From: Octopus vulgaris
Taxonomy: Eukaryota
Assembly (NCBI GenBank): GCA_951406725.2
Contig: OX597814.1
Coordinates: 37,386,001 to 37,450,000, forward strand
DNA: 64,000 nucleotides
Direction: 5' to 3'
The position numbers and the translations under genes were made by a program. The notes under the pieces are model-generated. The model made no database searches. It had not been told where the DNA came from and worked only from the letters and a program-made list of their open reading frames with translations. Shown here in pieces: positions 40,343 through 54,644 of the stretch (its first letter is position 1; every line of letters starts with the position of its first letter).

Positions 40343-43300
40343 GTATATATATATATATACATATATATATCACTGATTTGAAAATTGTTATTTGATTGAT
40401 AGTTTTCTCGTTTATTGCATGCTATCCTGGCTAAGTATCACAGCTTTATTGTATAATGCCAACACGTATTATAAGTTAGCTATACAATTATATGTGACTA
40501 CGATTTATTATAATGGTTGTTAGAGTGTTTCATTTTATTGTTTGATTCCAGAAAGAAGAGTTGTGTGTTTGTTTGTTCGATTCTTTGTATGTTTTTGTAT
40601 GTGCGTGTGTCTCGCCTCGAGTAACGATCCATATAAAGATGATAGATCAAATTTATGCGATTGCTGTGTTATATAATTGAAATCAAATTAAATCTATCAT
40701 GTTATTCTATACTTTTTTTTCATGCAATATATTTTGATTATTTGTTTTCTCTTCGCAATGTATATATATATATTTTCACAAAGTTGTGTTAATGATTATA
40801 TGTAATAGACTAAACAAGAACAAAAATTATAATAAAATATTTCATAAATATTCCGGATACTCACTCAGATGTACAATGAAATTCATCTACGTATACATAA
40901 ATTTTATTCTTGGTATTTATTTCACATCTAACAAACTTTTATTTCAAATTCTCTCTCGGTACCACTCTTTTGCGAACTTTATTCTGTTTATTTCTCTTAT
41001 TCTCGAAGTATACTTAGTAAAAAGCGACAACATCCATTAATGTAAATGGTTATCCAGCAGACGATATTTATCTTCATTCAGATTATGAATAGTATTTTAC
41101 AAATCGAGACATTCTTTGCCTGAAGTCAAATAGCAAATAGAATAAATATTATAGCAGAAACTAATAACACGGTACAATAAGGAGTCAGTCTTCTGCTTCC
41201 CTTTGTGCCATCTGGAATTTTAATATTAGGTTTGTCAAAAATATATCAGAACCTGCGTCGAAATGAAATTGTTTAGTATATTTGTTTTTGTTATTTTTAT
41301 CAATTTGAAATAATTTGTTTTCTCGATTCTTTAAGCTAAACGGGGGATATATTTGAAAAATGAATGCACGGAGTGTGAGCATGTTTTGCATAGAACGAAA
41401 TATTTAGAAATATAATTATGGATATATAACGAATATATCCATTAATATTTCTCCGATTGCGTTATATAGAAATCATCCTTCGCGTGCTCTGAAAAAAAGT
41501 AACGATCGATCTCAAAAACAAATGATCGATACTTTTTTTAATCTTGGTTTTCCTAGAACCCTATGAAAATTTCATTAGAAACATCGTTCACCTCCTTATT
41601 CAAGTCATGTTGATTCGAATCGAAGTAACAATCTGGATGGATAAAACAGTCCCAAAACTTTATTTTCGCATATGATTTTATACTGTACATGTCAAGTATT
41701 ACTTATTGTCAATTAGTGTAATTTGAATAGGATATGGGGTAGGCAAATACTTATGAAGCTGCAGAATGTAACATAAAGCTGAGATGTAACATAATTTTGA
41801 AAAAATTAAATGTAATGTATATTGTAATCGTATCGAATTAGTTTTACTATTCTTGGGTATTGCTCATAGAATTTTAGTAGAAGTAACTAATGAAAGTCCC
41901 TGAATTCCTGTCGTGCAAATCCAATTAGCTGACAAGCGTAAACAATTCTGAAACGGATGGCGGGTGTACGTGAAGGACTTTCTTTGATAAGAACATTCTA
42001 AATTGTCATCTATATTAAACAAATTGCATATACTATTTATTTTCATATGCTAACTTTTTGAAGACTATGTATTTACTCACTATCGGATTTACTTTTCTAA
42101 ATGTAGGTTACAGCTACAGATATGTACATTATATTTTTAATCTCTTTAGGCCAGCACTAAAGCAGATAAATTCATTGCTTTTTGCACATTGATTGCACTA
42201 TCATACATGTTGAATTATGTACAAAAGGAAAAGTTGGAAGTGTTAAACGAAAGAAGAGAATTAGTCTCACAAAAGCAGTATTTAAAAATTGAATTAATGC
42301 ATGATGCTTACTACAAGGTTTCTCGAAATATTTCTATCTATCCAGGAAATTGCCACCTTCAATTTATTTTCTTCTAAATGGTACAAATTTATAATTACTC
42401 CAGCATTCGAGTACCCTATATATGGTCTTGCTTTTTTAATAAAACGGTTCATACTATTGCTAGTTTCAATTACATTTCTTTTTATTGTCAAACTCCTTCT
42501 TTACAATTTGCGCAATTGCACACTATGTTCCATTCCCATGAAACAGAGGAGCGTTTAAATTCAATTTTTGCAACTTTTCGTTCATAGAATATATTACAAA
42601 TACCCTCAGAAATAATTTAATTCATATTTTTCTTTCATCAGCAATCGGTATAAGACTTACATTTTGTCATATATACAGTGCATGCCCCTTTTCTTCAGGC
42701 AACCATTCGCCAAATCAGTCGGCTTCTTCCAAAATGATCACAGTTTGCATGCCGTTCTTTAAATACATAACGTTAGCTTGCTGGTTGGTCTCCTGCCGAT
42801 CAGTGTACATCAGCCTTTAATGAGCAAGCTGTTTTACGTCTCCACCTTTCAGGAAAATTTGTGTGCGTTAATAAACAGTCAGCGGCGTTGGAGAGCATAA
42901 AGAGGAAAGTTATAATTAATGAAATGTTAGCTGGTTTAACGAACTGGATGCCATCTGAATATTGTAAAAGAGAGAATACTTGTGACCCCATACATAGTGG
43001 AGTTTGTCATCATTATAATACAGTAATTATGGTACCTCTTCATGAGGAAGAGATAATTTTGATAAATCAAGAGTCTTTGTTGAAAGCCATTTAACATAGA
43101 GGTATTCGTCTGTGACATTCAAATACAGGCCACTGGTCACAGTTATTTGTCTTATCTCACTTTTCTTTATATATGATACGTATATATGTTTATGTACATA
43201 TGTGTACACATAATTTCATATAGATATAATTGTGTATGCGTTGGTCCACTGCAAATTCAAGTATAAAATACGAATCAAATATCAATTAATTATTACTACT

Positions 43301-43900
43301 TGTGTAATTGCAGCAAGTGTATTGATTACCAGAGAGAATGTTACAAGGCGGATATAAATAAAATGACACAGCCATGGTGATAGTATAAGATATTTAGTAA
43401 CACCATCTTACGAATGTTTCTTTAATGTAAAACAACTATAAGAGCCGGTCTGAAAATTCTGTGATCGATATATATCAAATCATCTGAGACGCGAATTTTA
43501 TACGTAATATTATTGGATTAAAATACTGTTCTCAGAATCGATCATCGTGTCAATACAAAATTTTCACAATGGTTGATTTATTTTCCACATCTTTACAATT
43601 CAATAACATTACGTATAAAAAGAAAATGAGTCTGGCGATTAACCAATAAAACATGATGAAGTAATATACATTATCTATTAAACGCCTCAAATTAATGAAA
43701 CGTATGTAAAATGGTGTAACTAAGTATCTTGTAAACAACTTCTCACATTTTTACTTTCAGTATAAATACATAGATGTATGTTTATGTACAGAGCCACACA
43801 CACACACACACACACAAATACATATAGGCACATACGCACACACTGGAACATATACGCACATATATACACACACGTACACATAGAGAGGACACAATTATAC

Positions 43901-43940
<40 letters not shown>

Positions 43941-43964
43941 GTGTGTATGTTTGCGTGCGTATGA

Positions 43965-44002
<38 letters not shown>

Positions 44003-44006
44003 GCAT

Positions 44007-44050
<44 letters not shown>

Positions 44051-44054
<4 letters not shown>

Positions 44055-44593
44055 TGGCTGCCCCCTCGTTATCGAGTATGGCCATTGCACGAAGCTTAAT
44101 CAATGTTGTTATCGTGTCATGCCTGTGCAAGAAGATTGTTTTATAGTGAGGAAAGGCTGTGCACTGAGTCAATCCTACTCACTAAGCAACAATAGCCATA
44201 ATCTGAAAAGAAGTACAAGTGAACATCATCGGTAACCACTGAGCCGCAGTTTTTATATCGGAGTTATCCCAGTTACCTGAGTTTCCTTCTCCTAGAAGGA
44301 TGCCCTAACAAAGGCTAGGAGTCCTTCACTCGCAATGGTTTAACCGCGTGATCAAGTATTCAAGCCGATTATTTCTATGTCCCCGCGCATGACACACCCT
44401 TAAGACATTTATTGGATGGCCGTTGAGTTTCAAGAGTTCCTCCGCCTTTTGACGGAGTTTGTTTTTCATTCCGCAGGGTGTCCAATAAACACCCTCCTCA
44501 CCAAGCAAGTTTGGTGGGGTTGCCGGTTAAGTCACCGACGACCCGACTATGCAACAGGTTTACTGGGGTATATGTTACCAGTAGCATTCGAAA

Positions 44594-44594
<1 letters not shown>
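44051..44594 (-). mobile_element. non-autonomous bipartite RTE-derived element (5' UTR plus 3' tail)
   Basis: RTE-like 5' motif tagcctttgttagggcatccttctaggagaaggaaactc and tail ctcgataacgagggggcagcc, recognised from memory; no ORF; flanked by (TA)n. Confidence 0.6.
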
Positions 44595-44628
<34 letters not shown>

Positions 44629-44630
<2 letters not shown>

Positions 44631-45360
44631 GGAGTAAACACATATATGTGAAGCAAGGTGGAAAAAAGAGTACTCAAATACCAGGGTAGAGTAATATGGA
44701 AGTAACGTTACTTGTATAGAGCCCTGTAACTTTACGTACCCCTCCCCCTCCCTTACTTATGTCTTTAGGTTTCTGTTGTAAATAAGAACGCCCCTTGCCT
44801 ATCCAAGAATTTAGCTTATATTCTATATGGATACAAGTGATTTCGCATGCGAGCTAGATTGCGTATACATATGTGTACATGCATTTGTGTGTATATTTTC
44901 GTTTTGCATTTATATGGCTGTATGTGTATGTGGTCTGCATACATCTATCTGTGTATGTTGATGTATATATGTATAGTTTAGTATGAGTATGTACTGTTGT
45001 GAAATATTTTAATGCATTTTAATATTTTAATTTTAATTTCAATTTCTATGTATTAATTATATTTTCTTTATTAATGACAATATGTATTTTGACCAAAATT
45101 CGATGTAAGGTTTTTTCCTCGACTTTTATAATTTTATATATTTTTTTATATTTTATATTGAGCTCATTTTTGTTTATTGCTCGAATAAGACCGTTATTTG
45201 AAAGGACCAATCAAACAAGTCCATTTTTAAAGGTGTAACGTTTATACTAGTCTTGATAGAATTGTCATATCGGTTCTATTTTAACAAAACTGTCCGACGA
45301 ACGGGAACATGAAACTTCGAGTAACAAGTTTTGTTGAATTTCTGCTGTTTTTAAATAAAG
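44629..45360 (+). mobile_element. non-coding (TA)n-flanked element ending in a hammerhead motif
   Basis: 45286-45332 reads aaaactgt CCGACGA acgggaacat GAAA C ttcga G TA acaagtttt. Confidence 0.65.
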
Positions 45361-45679
45361 TATATATATATATAAATATGAATGTACATATACAGACACA
45401 TATCTTACTTAACCATTTGTGACAACAGAGCCATCTCCCTTTAAATCTAAATATTTCTAAACTCTGCACAAGCATTCTCGCCTAAATGGCTCATGAGCAC
45501 AGATTCTGGTTTGAAAACATACCTGCAAATTTGGTAGATATCTGATGGGTTAAACCAGCTCTCATGGTGCATTTTATTATAACCTTATGTGCCTCTCAAG
45601 GCCCCCAAAAGGCACACACCCGTATACATACACATAGAATTATCTCTCTCTACCCCCCTCTCTCTCTCTATCTCTCTCG

Positions 45680-45753
<74 letters not shown>

Positions 45754-46416
45754 GCATATTACTTTAAGCGTCATCTAGTTTAATTATACAGGGGATTTAT
45801 AAACCCTGGTGCTCCAAAGGTTACATAATTTACAAATATAGAACGAATTTCTATTAGAAAAAAATTATGACGTTTTTCAAAGCTAAAAGAAGTGCGGTTA
45901 GAATACGTACCGTTAAACCAAAACAATTTATGAATCAGTAATACTATGATGCAGTGAACATTTCTAGAACAGTATATATGAAAATATATTTCCTTTCATA
46001 CAAACCACTTCAAGTCGTGTTATTTTTATATTCAATAAAGCAAAACGTAAAGGTAGAATTTGCTAAAAATATGAATAGCCTCCAATTTCCAAATCTACAA
46101 AGGAACAGAAAAGCTGCAATTGAAAAGGACATTAAAAAAAGAAAAAAAGGGAATTACAAGTATATGGTAGTATACTGCAAAACATACTGTACTACAGGAG
46201 GGTGCACTATAGTAGAGCTGTATATAAAACATTTTATTAAGCAACAAGGATTGGATATCCAACTTGCAGTGCAAACCTACATCTGATTTATGTGTATGTG
46301 CGTATGTGATAAGCGAGTGCAGACGAATATGAAAAAGAGAACCTACAATTTGTGTGAGATTACAAATCTCTCTCTCTCTCTCTCTCTCACACAGACACAT
46401 ACGCACACACACACAC

Positions 46417-46468
<52 letters not shown>

Positions 46469-46959
46469 GAGTGTGTGTGTGTGTATGTATATATAGAGAG
46501 ATATACATATATATACATATATATATAGATAGATAGATATTTGTAATCTTACACTAGTACTAAGTTCAATTTTTATATATATATATAATTCCAGCAAAAT
46601 TTAGATTCAAATGAATATGATACTTAAGTTAGATGCACCAGAATTTTGTATGGTCTTATCCATATAAATCCATGAGGTGATTATAATCAAAATAGGCAAC
46701 AAGAATAACTTCGGTAATTTCGCACGTTCATTTCACGCTACATCATTTTATTAAATGTTGTAAGTATTACAACAGTTTTAAAATGTTGAGCAATCATCAG
46801 CCATTAATTGAGGTTTTCCATTAATACATAAGTTTCATATCAATTGATAACTTTATAGAGAATGTAGATGTATAGACAAAGATGGCGATTTAAATTTTAA
46901 GAACATTAAGGTAGCAGATTTTATCAACTGACTGAAAAATATTCAGAATATTCAGTTAT

Positions 46960-47305
46960 TTTGAACTGCTAGAAGGTTTGGGAAGACTTCTATATGTTCC
47001 CTGAGAGGAATTTGTCTGTATTGCGGGAAACGGATTTGCTATTTATGTAGAGTGACTCACCTTCTCAAGGTCATACTCGTCTGTCCAATAAATTTGTGTC
47101 CGCAACCCGAGCAGGTTATTACATAATTTAGTTTCTCAGAGGAACAAGAGATGTGGTGTTATGTTTTGTTATTCTTACTGTTTTTATGTGTAATATTTTA
47201 GGCACGTTTAATTACCTCGTGTATATGTGAGGTTGGATATTGTCTTTCAGTAAGCGTTGTTTTGAGGTCTTGAAGACGAAGGTCCCGTGTTGTTCTATCA
47301 GACAT
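46960..47305 (-). mobile_element. Penelope-like element fragment (thumb plus GIY-YIG)
   Basis: RDLRLQDLKTTLTERQYP, then ISCSSEKLNYVITCSGCGHKFIGQTSMTLRR*VTLH. Confidence 0.82.
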
Positions 47306-48080
47306 CAAGATTGCTGCAAGCAGCCACATCTCGCCAACCTCAGGGGGTAGCCTGTCAATCCTCACTCTCACCACTCGATTACCGAGAGAGGTTGGCACTA
47401 GTGCTCATCCTTCCGTTTTCATTGTTACTCTAAAGTAGGAAGGCGTATGTTCAGTAAACCAAATTTTCTCCCTCTGCAGAAAAATTCAATGTCACTCCTT
47501 TTTTCTTCTAAGTACTCTTCTATTGTTTCTTGACTAGCCACCTCTAGTTTCTTACTTGCATGTGATGGGCTTCTATACACCATCATTTTTTCGCTTTATC
47601 TTCTTGTTCCATCTTCCGTGGGTGGGGGTCAAATATAGCCTTGACTCTTCTCTTTGAACCAATTCCTTGCTGCTTTTTAATATTTCAAAATCTACAGGTA
47701 TTTTCTTCACTTCCAGTTGTTTAATAGAAGCTGTTATTTTCTCAGGACCTGCTACTGAAGCGTAGCTCCCGACACATATTTGCACAATTTTCATTGCTTA
47801 CTGCTATTTTCACCACCACTGGTGGGGGGAACAAAATCAAAAACAAAGAATACATCAATTACTCAACAAAGGTTTAACAGTTCCAACAAAAGTTAACACT
47901 CCTAGGGAAGACCTTCACCAGAGGACAACCTATCCCCCCACGATAATGATTCAACACTGAACAACACGGTTCTTTTCAAGGTCACGAAATATCTCCCCAC
48001 ACTCTCAGTGCATGTTCCTTTATATTGTCGCACCACCCATTAGTAGTCAACCAAGTAGGCGTTTTCTACTTCCACACACA
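47305..48080 (-). mobile_element. L1/Tx1-like ORF1 (gag-like) 5' fragment
   Basis: GSYASVA and PTSLGNRVVRVRIDRLPPEVGEMWLLAAIL are shared with the 56.0-56.5 kb copy. Confidence 0.65.
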
Positions 48081-48124
48081 AGATATATATATATGTATAT
48101 ACATATATGTATGTATCTATAAAA

Positions 48125-48265
48125 CAAGAATTTAAAACAGAACAGAAAGGATATCGTGGCACTCGTGTTTCAAGCTTTGTGCTGATGTAATAACAGATTG
48201 TTTATAAAGCTTGAAACACGTGTACCACGATATCCTTTGTGTTCTCTTTTCAATTTATGTTTGCT
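48125..48265. mobile_element. small foldback with a degenerate hammerhead
   Basis: aaaggatatcgtggcactcgtgtttcaagcttt / aaagcttgaaacacgtgtaccacgatatccttt; gtg CTGATGT...GAAAC acgt GTA ccac. Confidence 0.7.
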
Positions 48266-48335
48266 ATATTCTCTCACCTCTGCAACTATCCGGCATATAC
48301 AGGTGCTTAAACCTATCAAGTATCCCCTCTAAACT

Positions 48336-48394
<59 letters not shown>

Positions 48395-48908
48395 GAGGGT
48401 GTAACTAAATGTACCAGGAAACGTTCGCTGTGCGTTGGAGCTCTTACCAACGACATTTGAGCGGGGATTTGCAAATGGAAAAGACTTGCAGCAAAACGTA
48501 TGCCTCACGTGCTCAAAATATCAATAGCAGTCAAGAACTGAAAGAACACTTGGTAATTGATCCGGAAATTTTTGCATTCATGAATTTTGACGGAAGCACG
48601 TGTTACAGAATTTGCTGATGCAAAAGAGGTAAACAGAAAGTGACGGAGATGTTAAAAGAGAGAGACCGCAAGTTACTCTTCAGGCCAAGGTTACTATGAT
48701 TACATGGGGTTTGCATATCCCGTGTTAATTCGTAGGGGATTTGATCAAAATCCATATGAGCTAAAAGAAGGGATCTCATAACGTCAACGTAAATTTCATA
48801 TAATAAAGGTATTCTTGGACTGAAGAGTAAATTGTTTTTGAAAGTGATCGATTTCGTGGTTCTTAGCTGTGAAAGATATGTGGCCTGGATTTTATCTACA
48901 CGATTCCC

Positions 48909-48942
<34 letters not shown>

Positions 48943-48945
<3 letters not shown>

Positions 48946-49134
48946 GGTCCCGGTTTGAGTCGGGGTTAACTACAGTAAATAAGGTACTCAATACATAGCA
49001 GAGTAAATTAATTTATTTTATAGAAGGAGCTTCTACAGGACTAGAACTGTTTCATTCAAAAGAAATCATCAGGAAGCTCCTGCTTTTGAATGAAACAGTT
49101 CTAGTCCTGTAGAAGCTCCTTCTATAAAATAAAT
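48943..49134. mobile_element. small foldback element in (TA)n
   Basis: Perfect 52-bp arms at 49011-49062 and 49083-49134. Confidence 0.9.
49026..49080 (-). ncRNA. type I hammerhead ribozyme
   Basis: GGAGCTTC CTGATGA tTTC tttt GAAt GAAA CAG ttctagtc CTG TA GAAGCTCC: 8-bp helix I, paired helix III, GUA site. Confidence 0.88.
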
Positions 49135-49399
49135 ATATATATATATATATATGCAATGATATAATAATAACAAAGTTATAATAATTTAATCATTACAATT
49201 ATCAGCACATTAAATTTGCTAGCCTCATTTTTGATATTTTCAGTGTCATTAATCATGATAATCAATTAATAATAACTATAATAATACTTTTATCGTAACT
49301 TTTAATTTCTGTGATAAAAATAAACGTGTATTGTACGTGTTTTCTTTTTTCATAACTATATACCTACTTTGCACCCGTTTGGATATATAGCATGCCTGA

Positions 49400-49443
<44 letters not shown>

Positions 49444-50256
49444 GTGTTTGTGTAAGAGTATATATATATATATATGTATATAATATATATAATATATATA
49501 GTTATGTATGTATATATGTATACATATATTAATATCCATCCATCTATTATATATGTCTAGATATGCGTGTCCATCTATCTATCTAACAAATATATATATA
49601 TGTATATATATATGAAGTAACAATTGAAGGACAGGTGTTAGTTCATTACGGCCTTTTCTAGCGACATCTTTAATCGATTAATGAGTACTTTACATCATCA
49701 TAACGTAACCGTTTTCCTCAGATCAACACATGAACTTTATAATCAAGATTATTCCAAATAATTTAACATATTTCAAAACGTACAGAGCAAAGCATTTTCC
49801 TTGATTCTGCTACTATTTCTTTCGACTGAACATAGTAGAGTCAGTTAAGATGTTTTGCTCTGTGGATTTTAAAATATGTTAAATGAATTGAAATTTTCTT
49901 CATTGTAAAGTCCACCGATTCATCTGAGGGAAACCGTTTCTTTATAATGATATAATGAACTCATTAATCAATTAAAGAAGTCGTTAGAAGCAGCCACATT
50001 GAATTGATACATGTCCCCCAATTGTTACTTAATTATATTTTATTCCCCTATCACGGAACATATCCGTCGCAAAATCTGTAGCATATTTTGGACTGCATGT
50101 TTAATAAAATGTACATATCTGAATAGCTCAAGAGGAGACTGGAATGTTGATCCTGCTGATACTTCTGTACCAAAGTTGATATTTACATAATTTTGTATTT
50201 GTATATTATTCCGACCTAAGGAGGTGTCTCATCTTAAGTAGTTAATTCCATGGAAT

Positions 50257-50321
<65 letters not shown>

Positions 50322-50547
50322 TTTTTCTATTCCTGAGCGTTATACAAATGCATCTGTTTGTTTTGTACACCACCTGTCTTTGTCGTTTGTTGTTTTTTTC
50401 TTAAATTATCCCTATATATTTTTTTCATGTTTGTTGCACACACGCATTTTTGCTAGTACATACGCAGTGAAGCCATACATTAGCGTCGTATTTATTACGT
50501 TCGCTATTTTCCATTAAATATCGGTACTTCGTTGTGCCATTTATTTA

Positions 50548-50618
<71 letters not shown>

Positions 50619-53421
50619 CTGCCTACAGTTTTAATTGCAAGACTTTTGGTAGTATAACAGCATTGTTCATCAACATTAGACAAAATCCTTCACCAAAAGG
50701 ATTACAGATAACTTTACTTCATTGTGTAAACTGACGCATTGATTCTTTGTACTATTCTCTACAATTATTATCTGTGAGGCATATTCTAATAATGCTCTAA
50801 TCCATTAGGTGTTTTTGTGTCTGAGTATAAATATGAGCAGTCTTCATAAATATATAGTAATATTAATGGCAGTATACTGAATTTTTACTGAATCGTTCTT
50901 TTAGAAATTGAAGCTGCATTCATTTGTCGTAGCAGCCTTGAAAGGATTTGTGAATAAGTGAATGAGTAAGGTTACATGTCTTATTCCCAGGTTATGCCAT
51001 TATCCAGTTTCTATAATGAAAGCTGCCCAGCGTCGCAGGAACCCATGAGAAACTCAAAATTGTATTGATTTTGTGCCTCCTGCAATGCAAAATGCAACAA
51101 TTTTCGAAAATCCCTGCTGAGTAAGAAATATATACAAACATACGTATAAGCATTATATATATTTATAATCGTATAAAATACATGCGCGCATATACGTTTA
51201 TACACGCATTTTTCGGGTGATGTATTTTAGCGAAATCATTATGTACTCAAATATTAAACGTAACCCTTAAATTCTAATGCCAAACCGCTGCAACCGCGTA
51301 ATTAAACGGATGTTGTTATAAATTGCATAAATTTCATTAAATATTGCTTCAACATTTATTATTTTCTGGGTTCACTATTCTTGTAGTTTGATCTTAATAT
51401 TTGGTGTTGCCCGACACTTTTGAACAAAGTACGGAATTTTCCTTTATGTGGTAGTGTTTCAAACAACTGGAATCAATGTAATTTGTAAAAAATACTCCTG
51501 AAGTTATATACACAGATTTCTCATAACATTGCTTATCTTTTGGCAGAAGTACATCTTTAACGTAATAAGAATTACATCCTAAATACTGGAATTTTTGTTT
51601 AGGTCATAATATAGTATAAAACAGGCATTCAACAGTTCCTGACATGCACACATTTCAGAGGAAACCATGATGGGTGTTTACGCTAACGTCTTATACCGAT
51701 TTAGAGAAACTTTCTTCGAATGAGTCACATTAGATCAGTCACATCTACGCTCCTGCCTTAAGTTTCAGGTTTGTTATTTCTACTCTTCTCTCTGTATTAT
51801 GTATCACAACAAATATTGCCTTTGTTCCTAGGAGGAGACAGAACTTGTAGCACATAAGGTTTCTCAGAGACGAGGCAAAATACTGAAAAATAGTATTTGT
51901 TTGGAATTATTTATATAGATTATATAATCAATAGAGAAGCATTCGGATGGAGACGAAAATATGAAAACAAATTTAGGAGAACATGTGGAAATCAAAGTGC
52001 TATTTTTGAGGAAATAGGTAGTGTACTGAAATAAACGTGATATACAGAAACCTGAATGGAATATTCCTTTATTACAGAAGTGGGACTGCCGTATTTGGAA
52101 GAGTGGGAAGTTAATTTATTTTCATTAAATCTTATTAATAAGATTTCTCATAATTATTTTACCAAACTTTCTGCTTCTAATTTTTCTTGTAATGCAACAT
52201 TATTGCTGTAGTTCATACTTCATTATAATATAGAATGAAAATTTCTAATATTGATAATAGTTAAATATCGATATCTAGATGTTTTTCTCTCCTAATTATC
52301 GTTGATTTAAAATATTTCGATTCCTTTCGGTTTTTCAAGTAATTTATAGTGTTTAATTAATATATGCTTTAGCCTGCATGTGGTGTATACATTTTGCTTG
52401 ATATTTTTTGTACTTTATACATAAAAGAAACCATTGATTTTTTAATATATATTCTTGAAGTATATGACGCAATCCTATATAACCTCTATGTTTACGTGAA
52501 AAGTAAAACAATTACCATAACTGGAGGAAGACGAAGCATTTTGAAAGTTAAAATAAAGCATTATTTAAAAGATTTTGGAAGAAAATTGTATGAATAGGGA
52601 TGTGTTTGGACGGTGTATAACATTTGCCACCACTAAACGTTTCCAGTAACAAACGATTTTGCATTTGTTGCGTTCGCAATTTATTTTCAAATCAATAGCA
52701 CCTGTCAGAGAGCAAAAATTGTCATGCCACTAACGATGTCTGCGACAGAGGTATTTAAGTGGAAGGTGCCACAGTTGCTTTTTTAGTGACCATTCGGTTT
52801 CTTCTTTTCAAATATTGTGGGTTTAATCCTTTAGTAAGTTGTGACTGGCCGATTGATATCACCGGTGTGTGTATGTGTTGAAATATTAACACGCTGTTTA
52901 ATATTTTATTATTCGTTGAAAATCATCTTATTTTACTTATTAATGAGGATTGAATTTAGCTGCTGTTTGCATGGAATTGAACCCTTGCAGCAGACAAGTA
53001 GATTGAATTACTTCTCACTGATGTTTAAATTCTGTGGTAATTTCATGGAGAATTCCAATATTTTATGATATAATCAAGTTATGAACTACTTTTTTCTTCT
53101 ACTTTTGGCATTTGGAATGCATTCAACATAAATATTGTATAAGTACTTCATTGTTGTTGTTACTGTCGACTTTACGTTTTCAACATAAGAATGGAAATAG
53201 GTAATCTTCTTAGAATATATTTATCTCTGTATACCGTTTTGGGGTGGGGACGTGTTAATCAGCCTCAGGTTTATTCTTCTGACCTCTATTCAATTTTCTT
53301 CTCAAGTTTCGTTTATCGCAATAATTATCTTTGGAAATTATTTGATTATATTACGATTAGAACCAATTCGGGAAGCAAATCACCTAGCTGTATTTTCTAT
53401 ATTACAGTATACGTGTGTCTG

Positions 53422-53460
<39 letters not shown>

Positions 53461-53461
53461 G

Positions 53462-53513
<52 letters not shown>

Positions 53514-54644
53514 ATGTGTGTGTGTTTGTAGATATATACAAATATAGATACATATATGTATATATATATATATATACATACACACACATATGTATGTAAA
53601 TATGTGTGTGTGCTTATTATAGAATTAAAGGAGAAATTTAGAAAAAAATTTCAGCGAAGCATCTCTTGTATTTTTCTCTATCTCTTACACCTTATAAAGC
53701 ACGTCCAATATTATTGTATATTACTTCATACATGAAGCGTTGAAAATTATTCTTTCCCATTGAATAAGTGCACGGACCATTATTTTGCAGTCCACCAATA
53801 AAACTAATTTACGTTTTTTATTATACCATCGAGGACATTCATCGAGTGCAATAATAAATTTTCAATTTCTTGAATTGTATTTAATCCTACACGTAGCAGT
53901 TCTGTTTACAAGCCTTCCTTTCACAAAATACCCAGCATTGTCATTATCTGTTCTGTTTTAATCTAACAAAAATATTTTTATATTTGTAAGTAGTTCTTCG
54001 CTTTTGCTAGGTACAGCTTCACTGAGTATTTTTCTCCATTCACACAACGAAATATTTTAATAGCTCCTTGTCATGTAAACTTCTATTCCATCAATTGTTT
54101 TTTATCGTGAAAATATATCTAAAGCATGCTCATTTTGTTCCATGAAAACTGATGATTTTTCCATGCTGAACCTTATTGTGAGGGAGTATGCATTTTGCGT
54201 ACATCGTATAAATTATCTGTATAAAAATGTTTAATGGTATCTTTGGACATAAAAAACAGTTGATTCTCTGCATATACGCATTTTTGTAGTCACGTATGAT
54301 AATCTTCGATAAATTTTGTACATGATTTGATCTCATCTTTTCGAACAGTGATTGAATTAACTGGTATAAAAGTTTGATACCTCGCTAAGATCTTAAAATT
54401 CACCATTCTCATTTCTTCATATTCCTTCTTCTTAATTCAATCTCCATATTGTACAGAACATCATATCTTAGTTGAAACGTTCCAGAAATAAATATCATTG
54501 GACTATATGAAAATAAAATCTTAGCACCTGGTAATTTCTAGTAAAACACTGAGTGTTCTACTGTGACACTGCTTCCAGCACGATGCGACCAACACGGTAA
54601 GAAGGCGGAGGAAGAATGAGAGAAAGGGGGAGAGAGAGGAGAGA

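Noticed and set aside
48392-48900. Mariner-like TIR start (tacgagggtgtaactaaatgtacc)
   Set aside because: No matching right TIR or transposase motif found, so too weak to call.
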